Shown: piece after piece, positions 51,219 to 60,807 of the stretch
How positions within the stretch are numbered: position 1 is the stretch's first letter
Layout: every line of letters begins with the position of its first letter
Assembly (NCBI GenBank): GCA_963664015.2
Contig: CAXXLF010000002.1
Location: 512,001 to 576,000 of the forward strand
Source: Candidatus Binatia bacterium
Lineage (GTDB): Bacteria > Desulfobacterota > Binatia > UBA9968 > CAXXLF01
Direction of reading: 5' to 3'
DNA length: 64,000 nucleotides
The notes under the pieces: generated by a model
The model's database searches: none
What the model was told of the DNA's origin: nothing
Seen by the model: the letters and a program-made list of their open reading frames with translations, nothing else
Program-made: the position numbers and the translations under genes

Positions 51219-52673
51219 ATGGGGTGGCATGATTTTCGTGAGCTATTAGCCGAGTATGAAAGACGTGGAGACGTGAAGGTCGTTGAGGGGGCGGACTGCC
51301 ATCTGGAGATCGGTACCTTGACCGAGTTAATGGCCGAACGGCATGGGCCCATGCTCCTCTTCGACAAGATCAAGGGCTATCCGCAAGGCTATCGCATCGC
51401 GGCCAAGCCGTACTCGACTGCGCCCCGTGGCGCCGTGGCCCTTGGCCTCCCGGAGGACGTTTCCCCTTTCGAAATGTTTTTGGCTTGGAGGGACAAATTC
51501 AAGAGCTACCAACCGGTCAAGCCCATCCCGGTCTCGACGGGCCCCGTGATGGAGAACGTGCTGGAAGGCAAGGACATCGATTTTCAGAGGTTTCCAGTTC
51601 CCAAATGGCATGAGGAGGACGGGGGCCTGTACATCGGCACCGGATGCGCACTGGTGACCAAGGATCCGGAGGAGGGGTGGGTCAATGTCGGCACCTATCG
51701 GGTTATGGTCCACGACAATCAGACCCTGGGATTTCAAATCGCCCCTTATCATCATGGTAACTTGATGATGAAGAAGTACTGGGCACAGGGAAAAAGCTGC
51801 CCTATCGCCCTCGTGATCACACCGGACCCTTATCTATTTTGGGCATCCTCCAGCGGTGCCCCCTGGGGGACCTCCGAGTACGAACTTGCCGGATTCCTTC
51901 GTGGAAAGGCCGAGGAAATCATTACGGGACCAAAAACGGGTCTACCCGTACCCGCCAATGCCGAAATGATCATCGAAGGCGAAGTGCCGCCTCTCACAGA
52001 AGAACAGAGAAAGGAAGGACCCTTCGGAGAATACACGGGCTACTACGCCGGAGGCGAAAGAATGAGGCCCGTGATTCGAGTCAAGGCCTTGTATCATCGT
52101 AACAACCCCATTTTTCACGGCGAGCCTCCAATGAAACCACCCGTCGAGAACTGGGCATGCCTCCCTTCAGGGAGCATCCTGGCGGTCTGGGAGGGCCTTG
52201 AGAGATCCGGAGTACCCGGTGTCAAGGGAGTCTACTCACTGAACGCCGGCGGTGGACTGATTACAGTCGTGTCGGTCAAGCAGCAGTACTCAGGGCATGC
52301 AAGGCAGGTAGGCCGAGTCGCTTCAGGATTGATGCACAGCATGTGCCGGATGATGATCGTTGTCGACGACGATATTGATATATCCAATTCGGGGGAGGTC
52401 CTCTGGGCCATCGCTACCCGGAGCGACCCCGAGTCGACCTTTGAGATTCAGCGGGACTGCCCGTCCACCTGGCTGGATCCCATGATGCCTCCGGAAAAGA
52501 AAAACCGGGGCGACCTGAAATCCAGCAGGGCGTTGATCGTCGCCTGCCGCCCGTGGGAATGGATGAAGGATTTCCCCAAGGTCAGCCGGGCTAGCGACAC
52601 ACTCAGAAACCAAGTTTATTCAAAGTGGCAGGAACTCTTCAAGCAGACCGCTCAACAACCCATCGGTTGGTGA
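51219..52673 (+). CDS. UbiD-family prFMN-dependent (de)carboxylase
   Basis: DGGLYIGTG, NVGTYRVM, EGPFGEYTGYY, VDDDID, WAIATR. Confidence 0.92.
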   Translation: MGWHDFRELLAEYERRGDVKVVEGADCHLEIGTLTELMAERHGPMLLFDKIKGYPQGYRIAAKPYSTAPRGAVALGLPEDVSPFEMFLAWRDKFKSYQPVKPIPVSTGPVMENVLEGKDIDFQRFPVPKWHEEDGGLYIGTGCALVTKDPEEGWVNVGTYRVMVHDNQTLGFQIAPYHHGNLMMKKYWAQGKSCPIALVITPDPYLFWASSSGAPWGTSEYELAGFLRGKAEEIITGPKTGLPVPANAEMIIEGEVPPLTEEQRKEGPFGEYTGYYAGGERMRPVIRVKALYHRNNPIFHGEPPMKPPVENWACLPSGSILAVWEGLERSGVPGVKGVYSLNAGGGLITVVSVKQQYSGHARQVGRVASGLMHSMCRMMIVVDDDIDISNSGEVLWAIATRSDPESTFEIQRDCPSTWLDPMMPPEKKNRGDLKSSRALIVACRPWEWMKDFPKVSRASDTLRNQVYSKWQELFKQTAQQPIGW

Positions 52674-52693
52674 TAGACCATGGCCGCACCGAG

Positions 52694-52720
52694 CTAGCGG
52701 CCACCGGTTGTCGCCGCTAG
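52694..52720. terminator. Hairpin between convergent UbiD and dioxygenase genes
   Basis: ctagcggc-N11-gccgctag, 8-bp perfect stem, no U-tract. Confidence 0.3.
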
Positions 52721-52724
52721 GGGG

Positions 52725-53681
52725 TCAGGCCCAGTAGGCAAAGGCCATGCCGCAGCCGGTCCCAGCCGGCGAGCGGTAGGTCGGAACATAGTCGATCAGT
52801 TTCATCGGACTCGGGTCCATCACTCCTGCCAGGGCAACCCAGTTGAGGATCTCGGAGGTTCCACCACGCATTTTCTCTCTAGGCAACCGGCAGAGTCCGT
52901 CTTTGTCACGAGTTGTCATCGCATCAATAACCACCCGATCCAGTTCTTCGTCAATGATAGTATGACTCAGCCCCCCCGAGGCGATCACGGCTACCCGGCT
53001 ATCTCCGTCCCAGGACTCGATGGTCTTACGAACGGCCTGGCCCAGCGCAAAGCACCGCCGGGGAGTCGGCTGGTTGGGCGGATAGTAAGTATTCACCATG
53101 ATGGGCACCATGGGTACCGTAGTCCCGGGCCAGAGGCGGCGGTAAAGGAAACTAAAAGCGTGCCCGATGCCGATCTCCTCGCGCAAACGGTTACAGCGAG
53201 TCACATCGAACTCTTCCTGTGTCAGTGATTGGATCAGGTGCTCCGCGAGCCCCTTACCGTTGGGATACTCACCTGCCGTTTCCGCCCAGCGTTGTTCTTC
53301 CGCCTCCTTCCAGGGCGATCTTTTGTTTCCCGTGTGCTTGACGACGGGGATCGACTGTCCGTGATAAACCGCAAAGGTTGGCATATTGTCGTCATGAAAC
53401 TGCTCGTGCTGGTCGTCACCGAAAATGACGACCACGTCGGGTTTGGCCTCTTCAAGCATACGTCCTAACTGGGCAATGGCGTTCTGGCACGCATCGTCGC
53501 GCTCTTGCCACTTTTCCTGCGTAAGTTCGTCGGCAATATCGGGCTTCGCTGTCTTTATCAACCCCTGATAATCCATGCGCGGATCGCGTTCGTCTTTTTC
53601 TCTCATCAAGTTCCAATGCTTAGCGCTAACGCTAAGCTGAGGGCTATGGGACGTGCCCAATCCGAGAACAATGTTAGCCAT
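52725..53681 (-). CDS. Class III extradiol ring-cleavage dioxygenase, LigZ/LigB-like
   Basis: GTSHSP, GDDQHE, GHAFSFLYRR, NTYYPPNQPTPRRC, ASGGLSH, GTSEILNW, YRSPAGTG. Confidence 0.9.
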   Translation of the reverse strand: MANIVLGLGTSHSPQLSVSAKHWNLMREKDERDPRMDYQGLIKTAKPDIADELTQEKWQERDDACQNAIAQLGRMLEEAKPDVVVIFGDDQHEQFHDDNMPTFAVYHGQSIPVVKHTGNKRSPWKEAEEQRWAETAGEYPNGKGLAEHLIQSLTQEEFDVTRCNRLREEIGIGHAFSFLYRRLWPGTTVPMVPIMVNTYYPPNQPTPRRCFALGQAVRKTIESWDGDSRVAVIASGGLSHTIIDEELDRVVIDAMTTRDKDGLCRLPREKMRGGTSEILNWVALAGVMDPSPMKLIDYVPTYRSPAGTGCGMAFAYWA

Positions 53682-53756
53682 AAGTGTAATCTCCCTGTTA
53701 CCGATACACGGAAGCGATACGACTATGAATTGACTTGGCCCGGTTAAAGATGGCCA

Positions 53757-53785
53757 ATCTTGTCGGAGATGGACTTGCTTGTCAA
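53757..53785 (-). promoter_or_regulatory. Putative sigma70 promoter of the dioxygenase gene
   Basis: TTGACA-N17-CAAGAT on the minus strand. Confidence 0.4.
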
Positions 53786-53826
53786 TACAATCCGAGGGTG
53801 AGAAGGGTGCTGGGTGGCCGGTAATT

Positions 53827-54423
53827 CTACCGCCGTGACCTGCCTAAACTGGGGAGCAGCAAACCGACACCCCTCAGCCTGCGCAGCAGGTAATGCAGCG
53901 CCACATAGTCGTACAAAGCATGGACAACCATGGCCACCAGGAGGTTGTCGGACACGATGACAAGTGCTCCAAGGTAGCAGCCCAGCAACCCGGCCAGGGC
54001 GGCGTAGGTCGGGGTGATGAAATGGCCCAATCCGAATAGGACACTACTCACGCCCAGAGCTACCCAACGGTCCATGTAAGCACCGAGCCACCCCTGGATG
54101 ACACCGCGGAACAGGGCCTCTTCACCGATCCCGGCAAGCAGGGAGATACCAACGAGTTGAAGCGGCGAGGCGGCAGCAAAAAGAGGGACAACGTTTTCCT
54201 CGACCTCCGCCATCAGGTGCCGGAAGGGCCTCCAGGGTAAGCGGGTACACACCCACATGGCCAGGAGCGCGGGCAGCGTGGCCATGCCCCCCCACCCAAG
54301 GGACTGCCAATTCAGGCGGACCCGTTCCCATGGTGGTACGGCCACTGCCCACCCCAAGACCCAGGCTAGAACGATGAGAGAAGCCTCGAAGGCAAGTGCA
54401 AATTTTATAATCTTTCCTCTCAT
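53827..54423 (-). CDS. CPBP (Abi/CAAX type II) intramembrane glutamic protease
   Basis: GEEALFRG, FGLGH, HALYD; start MRGKIIKF. Confidence 0.88.
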   Translation of the reverse strand: MRGKIIKFALAFEASLIVLAWVLGWAVAVPPWERVRLNWQSLGWGGMATLPALLAMWVCTRLPWRPFRHLMAEVEENVVPLFAAASPLQLVGISLLAGIGEEALFRGVIQGWLGAYMDRWVALGVSSVLFGLGHFITPTYAALAGLLGCYLGALVIVSDNLLVAMVVHALYDYVALHYLLRRLRGVGLLLPSLGRSRR

Positions 54424-54537
54424 GAAGCCTCCACGGGATACGCCCGTGCTATTGTTCCTTATCTTTGGCGGAGTCCGCCGAGACATCCTCATTGCCTACG
54501 CCGCCGAAGCAGCGCTTCGGCGGCGAATGCAGATAAA
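54423..54537 (+). repeat. Palindromic element family 1, copy B
   Basis: tgaagcctccacgggatacgcccgtg ... tttggcggagtccgccga ... cgccgccgaagc-a-gcgcttcggcggcg ... gcagataaa. Confidence 0.75.
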
Positions 54538-54753
54538 ACAGCTTAGCGAAAAATAGGCCTTTAGACTTACAAAAATTCAAACTTGGGATAAAAAGGACAG
54601 GGATATTGACTCTACCTCTTCTATGGAATATTAAGTCTTCCATTGATCATGCTCAAGCGTCGCGGGATTGGCTGGGGCGCGCAACGATCTGCATGGATCG
54701 CTTGAGATAAAACCCTTACATTACGAATGGTTAGATTGACTTTAACGGAGTCC

Positions 54754-55419
54754 ATGAATACTATTGATTTGGATTCATCCCTTTGGGATGACAGGATCGA
54801 ACACCCAGCGGGCACCATACCGACGAGGATAGCACAGGCTTCGAGCAAATTCTTTTTGTTTTTAGCCGTGTTTTTCGCGATTTTGGTACCGTCCCAACAC
54901 GATTCGGACCTTCTATCGCCAGGCTGAGGCCAGGAAAACGCACCGGCTAAAACGGGATTTCGCGAGGCCTATCTTCCCCAATCCGTAGAATCCGCCCTCC
55001 CCACCATTGACAGCCGGACGCTTCATGCCTTGACCGCCTCCCTTGAATCGAACCGCCGTTACCAAGGGATTATCCACTCGGCCGCCCGACAGAATGAAAT
55101 CTACCCTTATCTTGTCCTGGGCGTCATGAAGGCTGAATCAAACTTCAATACCGACGCCGTCTCTCGACGTGGTGCCGTTGGATTGATGCAACTCATGCCG
55201 CCCACAGCACGGATGCACAATATTGCCAACGTATATAACCCGTCGCAGAATATTCACGGAGGCGTACGCCACTTGAGGTTGCTGGTTGACCGCTTCGGCA
55301 GCGATCTCCAGCTCACCATCGCTGCTTACAACGCCGGGTCCAGAGCGGTCAAGAGATACAACGCCGTTCCGCCCTACTCGGAGACGCGAAAATACGTCAA
55401 GCGCGTCTTCACCTACTAA
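54754..55419 (+). pseudogene. Lytic transglycosylase (SLT domain), disrupted
   Basis: AESNFN, GAVGLMQLMP, AAYNAG, ETRKYV. The N-terminal TM segment is in the same frame but separated by TGA at 54925-54927; the 3' end looks frameshifted at TAA 55417. Confidence 0.7.
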
Positions 55420-55701
55420 AAATTTATCGTGAGAGTGAGTTGACTCTGCTGGGCGAGTTATCTTCCCGTTAAGAACGATCCGGGGCCGAGTTTTTCTAAG
55501 GAACCTTTTCTTCGATACCTTCCAGTATCACGGTCGGTTTCCTACGAGAGATAGGTGTCATAGGGGTCATCTTGGAGCAGCAAGGTGCAGTGATGAACTG
55601 GGTTTACCTATAGGGGGCACGGGTATCGTTTCTCGGAGTGAAAAGGAAATATCGATGGAACGAGGAGAGCTGAAAGAAGGCCACAACCACACCAAGGGGG
55701 T

Positions 55702-56397
55702 TCACAGTTTGATGGGCATACGGCCGGTTAGGATGATCCCCTGCGGGCTAACTCGCGCGACATAGGCCAGAACCTTGACACCTGCCTTGACTGCCTTTCT
55801 GAGCCAGACCCCGTACTCACTATCAATCTCGTCGGCAGGCCTCATGATCGAACAATCCGCCCTCTGGACCACGAAGACCAGGGCCGCCCCCTCACCCCGT
55901 TTGCGTAAACGGATCAACTCCTTCAGGTGTTTGGTCCCACGCACCGTTACCGCATCGGGAAACGCGGCAACCCCATCGTTGGCCAGGGTCACGCTTTTTA
56001 CCTCCACGTAGCAGCGCGCATTAGGCTTCTGGAGACAGAGGTCCAGTCGGCTGTGCTTGCTGACCCACACCTCCCTAAGAATCTGCGGGTAGCCCCTTAG
56101 CTCCCGAATGATCCCCGCCTGAATCGCTTCGGACACCAGCAGGTTGGGGTAGGCCGTATTGATTCCCACCCACGTCTTTCCTACCCGCACCAATTCCCAG
56201 GTGTAGCGAAGGCGCCGGTGGGGCTCCGAGCGGCGCGACAAATAGACCTCGCTCCCCGGTTCCATGCAGCCCGTCATCCTCCCCGAATTAACGCAGTGGG
56301 CCGTTACCACCCGTCCATTGCGGAGGCGAATATCCGAAAGAAAACGCTTGTAACGTTGGATGAGGGTTCCTTGAAGAAGGCGCGATGAAAAAATCAT
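55702..56397 (-). CDS. sfsA: Sugar fermentation stimulation protein / nuclease SfsA
   Basis: RYKRFLSD, AHCVNSGRM, SRLD, VEVKSVTL, FPDAVTVRGTKHL. Confidence 0.93.
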   Translation of the reverse strand: MIFSSRLLQGTLIQRYKRFLSDIRLRNGRVVTAHCVNSGRMTGCMEPGSEVYLSRRSEPHRRLRYTWELVRVGKTWVGINTAYPNLLVSEAIQAGIIRELRGYPQILREVWVSKHSRLDLCLQKPNARCYVEVKSVTLANDGVAAFPDAVTVRGTKHLKELIRLRKRGEGAALVFVVQRADCSIMRPADEIDSEYGVWLRKAVKAGVKVLAYVARVSPQGIILTGRMPIKL

Positions 56398-56483
56398 GAA
56401 GGATTGGCCGCCGGCGAACCCCTGGCGGGTCTTAACATCAGTGGTTGGGTTATGTGAAAAAACATGCCCGGTGGTATGCACCC

Positions 56484-56669
56484 ATGGAACAAAAAAATCA
56501 ACTGCGTAAGATTCGTAAGTCGAGGCTCCTGGGAAAAACGGAACTTGCTTGTATGGCCGGGCTCTCGCTTCTCACCATCGATCGGATCGAGAAAGGAAGG
56601 AACTGTCGGCTGGCAACGCAACGTAAGATCCTCCTTGCCCTGGGCCTCAAAACGAGTCAGAGAAACTAG
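56484..56669 (+). CDS. Small XRE-family HTH protein
   Basis: LRKIRKSRLLGKTELACMAGLSLLTIDRIEKG...TQRKILLALG. Confidence 0.75.
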   Translation: MEQKNQLRKIRKSRLLGKTELACMAGLSLLTIDRIEKGRNCRLATQRKILLALGLKTSQRN

Positions 56670-56690
56670 GTATTCAATCCGCCCCGGCAA

Positions 56691-56808
56691 TTAAGCCTCC
56701 ACGGACCTACGCCCGTGGTATCCTTCCTTTTTCTTCGGCGGAATCCACCGATGCACCCTCCTAGCCTACTCCGCCGAAGGAGCCGCTTCGGCTGCGAAGG
56801 CGGTCAAA
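56691..56808 (+). repeat. Palindromic element family 1, copy C
   Basis: ttaagcctccacggacctacgcccgtgg ... ttcttcggcggaatccaccga ... gccgaag-gagccg-cttcggc ... ctgcgaaggcggtcaaa. Confidence 0.75.
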
Positions 56809-56817
56809 GGCAGTAGG

Positions 56818-57237
56818 CTATCTTCCGGTCGGTTCCTTCAACTCCAGGAGCGCCTCGCCTTCCGGTATACCAAAAGTGAATTGGAATCGGTCACCGATTT
56901 GGTCTTTCCCGCTACCGCGTCCCTTGCCCCATCCGGTCACGACATAACGGGCCTTCACCGTCCTGCCGTCCTTACATTCCAGAGTAACGCCTCCCTCCTC
57001 TCCGGGAGGTGCAACCTTGCTTTTGGACCGCCCCACGCACCGGATGCCGCTCTTGACCCCCTTCAGCTCGATGCTCCCCAGTCCCGTCATGGTTTCGGAT
57101 AGGACGACACCCCGGAACAGCTCATCGCTCCGGTCGAAACGGCCGTAGACCGGGTAATGGGTCGCACACGAGGAGAGAACCCCACAACCGGCAGTCATCA
57201 AAAAACATATAAAGGTTTTTCTTGCGCTCATCATCAA
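56818..57237 (-). CDS. Hypothetical lipoprotein
   Basis: Lipobox LSSC; beta-rich, two Cys, GRGSGKDQIGDRFQFTFG. Confidence 0.65.
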   Translation of the reverse strand: MMMSARKTFICFLMTAGCGVLSSCATHYPVYGRFDRSDELFRGVVLSETMTGLGSIELKGVKSGIRCVGRSKSKVAPPGEEGGVTLECKDGRTVKARYVVTGWGKGRGSGKDQIGDRFQFTFGIPEGEALLELKEPTGR

Positions 57238-57400
57238 GAGAAGAGCCCCCCCATAACACGGGATGAACCGGCAGGGGAACGGCCTACCTCAACCATCCCC
57301 GTCGCCCCCCCTTAGCCCCCCTGAGTTTGACATCTCGACGGCAAAAGAAAAAGATAACCCACCGGCGGATACAGGATTTTCATCCGTGTGGCGGACCCCA

Positions 57401-58796
57401 ATGACCTTCTTAGAATCAGGAGCAGGAATCGCATACGGTCTTCGAGACCTGCCAAAGCATCTCAACCTTCTCACCGTGTCTCACGGGTTCGTCGGTTGGG
57501 TCTTCAGCATCACCGGCCCGATGCTGATCCTCCTGAGCGTGGCCGAACAGGGAAATCTACCGGAAGACATCACGGTTTCGTGGATCTTTATCGGACTACT
57601 GTCGGCGGAGTTACCAGCTGGATCCTTTCGCTCTACTATCGCCAACCGTTGACCGCCGCCATAACCATCCCGGGAATGGTGCTGTCGGCACGGCCCTTCG
57701 TCACATAACGTTCGCCGAGGCCACCGGCGCCTATTGAGTCACCGGTATCCTCCTTATCCTCATAGCCGTGAGCGGCAGGATCCGATCCGTTATGGAGTGG
57801 TTCCCGCACCCCATTATCATGGCCATGGTGGCCGGTGTCTTCTTACCTTTTGGTCTCAATATCATCGGGGCATGGGCATCGGCCCCGTGGATAGCGATAC
57901 CGGCGGCCCTGGTCTTCCTGGGCATCTCATTGTTCACAAATCTGGCCAGGTCCTTCTCCCCCATCCTCGGAGGAATCCTCGTTGCCATTGTCATGACGGC
58001 TTTGACCGGTCAGGTCCATTCCGAGTTCTTTCAAATCGAATTCGCCCAACTCCTATGGATCAGCCCCGCCTGGAGCATCCCGGCAATCACCGAATTAAGC
58101 GTCCCTCTCCTTCTGAGCGTGGTTGCCGTCCACAATGCGCAGGGGTACATGGTCCTCAGAATGGCAGACTATAAACCTCCCCTGACCGCCATGACCTGGG
58201 CATCCGGTCTGGGCACCATAGCAAATGCGCTGTTCCGCTGCGCTCCGGCCTGCATCACGGGTCCCATGACCGCAATCATCTCTCGCCCAATGGCCGGTCC
58301 CCCCGAGGGTCGCTATGCGGCGGGATTCGTCGTCGGCACCCTGTGGATAATCGCCGCCATCTTTGCTCCGTTCGTCGTCGCGGGCAGGGAGATTCTCCCG
58401 GCTATACTCATCAACCTGCTTACGGGCTTGGCTTTATTTTCCGTACTGTGCAACGCCTTTGTAAGCGCGTTCGAGGGCCCGTTTCGTTTCGGCGACCTCA
58501 CCTGCTTTTTGCTGACTATTTCAGAGGTAACGATCTTGAACGTGGGGGCCCCTTTTTAGGGGATGGTCGCCGGTCTGCTGATATCGGCCATCCTGGAACA
58601 GAGGGACTTTCAACGCCCGAGTGGTTCCAGGGCCAAGGAACTGATTACGGTCGAGAGATCAGGACGATTCCTCCAGCACCGATACCGGTCACGTCAGGGA
58701 GAAAACACCGTATTGACACCACTTCCCAAATGCATCATGTTTCCCAATCATCAAACTGCTTTCCCCGTCAACGTTTCGCTGTCCCTAGTCTATTAG
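57401..58796 (+). pseudogene. Benzoate/H+ symporter BenE family, disrupted
   Basis: YYRQP, AMVAGVFLPF, HNAQG, GRYAAG, GAPF*G. Frameshifts near 57595 and 57685, TGA 57735-57737, TAG 58557-58559. 3' end approximate. Confidence 0.8.
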
Positions 58797-58806
58797 GAGA
58801 ATACCC

Positions 58807-59676
58807 ATGCCATCAGCCAAGGAACGTCGGTTGAAACTCCGTGAATTGATAAGACCCGCTGGGCTCGTCGTCGCACCCAGCGCCTTCAATGCACTGAGCG
58901 CGCGGCTAGTCGAAGATGCGGGCTTCAACGCCATTCACGTATCGGGAAGCGCCATCAACCGCTTCCATGCCTACGCGGATCTCGGCCTGCTGGGCATCAC
59001 CGAGATGGTTGCGATCCACGAGCGCATCGTGGAGGCCACCTCGGTACCGGTTATCGGAGATGCCGAATCGGGTTTCGGGGCGGCGGTCCACACCGTTCGA
59101 ACCGTCCAGGCATACGAGCGCGCGGGGCTCGCGGCGATCCATATCGAGGACGATCCCTTTCCAAAGGAACTGGGGGGGCACAAGGCCCTCCCGTGCACGA
59201 AAATGATAGACAAATTAAAAGCAGCCCTCGATAGCCGCACCGACAATGACTTCATGATCGTCGCGCGCTCCAATGCCCGCGACTCGGAGTCCTTCACTCA
59301 GGTTATGGATCGTGTCTGCGCTTATGCGGAAACCGGTGCCGACGCCATATGGCCAGGGGTCCGCCTCCCAGAGGAACTGGCCGAGCTCAAGGACTTCGTC
59401 AGGCTTCCCATGGTCGGAGTACCCCCACGTCAGCAGATGTCACTCGACACCTACGCAGGCTACGGATTCAAGATCGGTTGCGTCCCGGGCATCCTCGGCC
59501 AAGCCGCCACCGCCGCTATGGCTGGGCTTTTAGAGATCTTTAAGAGAACCGGGTCGGAAGAAGGGTACTGGCGGGATCAGCCAGATTCCTCCCGATGGCG
59601 TCGATGGTTCAGCGATCTGGGCAAGAGAGAGGCAGAGGCCGTGTCCCGCCCGGCGAAACCAACACCGAAACAATAA
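58807..59676 (+). CDS. Isocitrate lyase/PEP mutase superfamily enzyme
   Basis: ALSARLVEDAGF, SGS, DLG, PVIGDAESGFG, IHIEDD, IVARSNAR, GADAIW. Confidence 0.88.
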   Translation: MPSAKERRLKLRELIRPAGLVVAPSAFNALSARLVEDAGFNAIHVSGSAINRFHAYADLGLLGITEMVAIHERIVEATSVPVIGDAESGFGAAVHTVRTVQAYERAGLAAIHIEDDPFPKELGGHKALPCTKMIDKLKAALDSRTDNDFMIVARSNARDSESFTQVMDRVCAYAETGADAIWPGVRLPEELAELKDFVRLPMVGVPPRQQMSLDTYAGYGFKIGCVPGILGQAATAAMAGLLEIFKRTGSEEGYWRDQPDSSRWRRWFSDLGKREAEAVSRPAKPTPKQ

Positions 59677-59808
59677 CCTCCCAACCAGGGTTTCAGCAGA
59701 TTCATCAGGAATCGAGCCTCATACTAGAAATACCCTTCATATTCATCTGCAACGACCTTAAATTATGGGCTATTATCTTTAGTCATCTTGCCGTTTAAAA
59801 ATTCGCAC

Positions 59809-59838
59809 TTGACGCCGAGGCCCCAGACGGTTTATAAA
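59809..59838 (+). promoter_or_regulatory. Putative sigma70 promoter
   Basis: TTGACG-N18-TATAAA. Confidence 0.35.
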
Positions 59839-60084
59839 GCGGGGCTATGTTTTGAGGCTAGGATAGCTCTGAGGTGTTCTGTGAAGACACGCCGCTTCGA
59901 ATAAAACACCTTTATGACAAGATCGCGACTATGCAAAAGTCGATGGACGAGCTAAAACCGGACAGCCTGACGAGCCTGAAACGAGGTCGGTACCAAAAGC
60001 CCGCGCCGGCAATCGGACACCCACCCAAAAAGCGAGAGGACGATCCTGACCGCAATTGATCAAGGGGACGGCTCCTGAACAGGA

Positions 60085-60783
60085 GTGAATCACAGCTTGA
60101 GAGTTATGTATAGTAGGCTATGGTCTATCGTTGGAACTATAATTCTTAGCGTCGTGATCCTCGGACAGTCGGTGGCGTCCGAGCAATTGAGAAAGTGGAA
60201 TTTTCCAGTTCAGGACATCCATGGTAAACCGATTACCATTGAGACTTTCCTTGACAGAGTGACAGTGATCTATTTCTCGACCCAACAAAGTAAAACCAAA
60301 GATATGGAGTTGGGACAGGAGATCGGCGCGAGGTTCGGCCTCAAACGCGGGTATCAGAGTATTGCTATCCCCAACACATCTGCTGTCCCCATGTGGGCGC
60401 GATTCGTCGCCACCATCAAGATCGCCTTGGCCGAGAAGCGCGCCGTAAGTGAGGCTATCGAGCGCCAACAGGCCAATGGCAACATGGAGATCACGGAAGA
60501 GGAAATCCGGAATAAAATCATCTTTATCAACGATAAGGATGGAAAGGTATGGAATCGCATGGGACTGAGCGCAGCACCCACCAATAGCTTTCTAGGGGTG
60601 ATCGACAGGACCGGGACCATGGTGTACCTCCAAGAGGCACCTATCAACATGGACAAGTTGTTCGGTGTGCTGGAGAAACAGTTCGACGGGGAGAACCCAC
60701 GCTGGTCAACCTGGTCAGTACCACGAACTCAGCCTACACCCACGAATATCAGCACCGGATCCACCCAAACACAGGATCAGTAA
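60085..60783 (+). CDS. Hypothetical exported protein, possibly a thioredoxin-like fold without CxxC
   Basis: N-terminal hydrophobic signal; FPVQDIHGKPITI, DKDGKVW, GVIDRTGTMVY. Confidence 0.55.
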   Translation: MNHSLRVMYSRLWSIVGTIILSVVILGQSVASEQLRKWNFPVQDIHGKPITIETFLDRVTVIYFSTQQSKTKDMELGQEIGARFGLKRGYQSIAIPNTSAVPMWARFVATIKIALAEKRAVSEAIERQQANGNMEITEEEIRNKIIFINDKDGKVWNRMGLSAAPTNSFLGVIDRTGTMVYLQEAPINMDKLFGVLEKQFDGENPRWSTWSVPRTQPTPTNISTGSTQTQDQ

Positions 60784-60807
60784 ATAACTCCAGCAGCTCA
60801 TCACCCC

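Noticed and set aside
55702-56669. SfsA nuclease plus XRE protein as a toxin-antitoxin or defence pair
   Set aside because: The genes are divergent, not an operon, and both are common chromosomal families.
59963-59995. Hammerhead-like CTGACGAG...stem motif
   Set aside because: Stem II is followed by GGTA rather than GAAA, and no stems I/III were found.
59874-60059. 61-aa ORF downstream of a putative promoter
   Set aside because: No recognisable motif or clear RBS; cannot be distinguished from a remnant or chance ORF.
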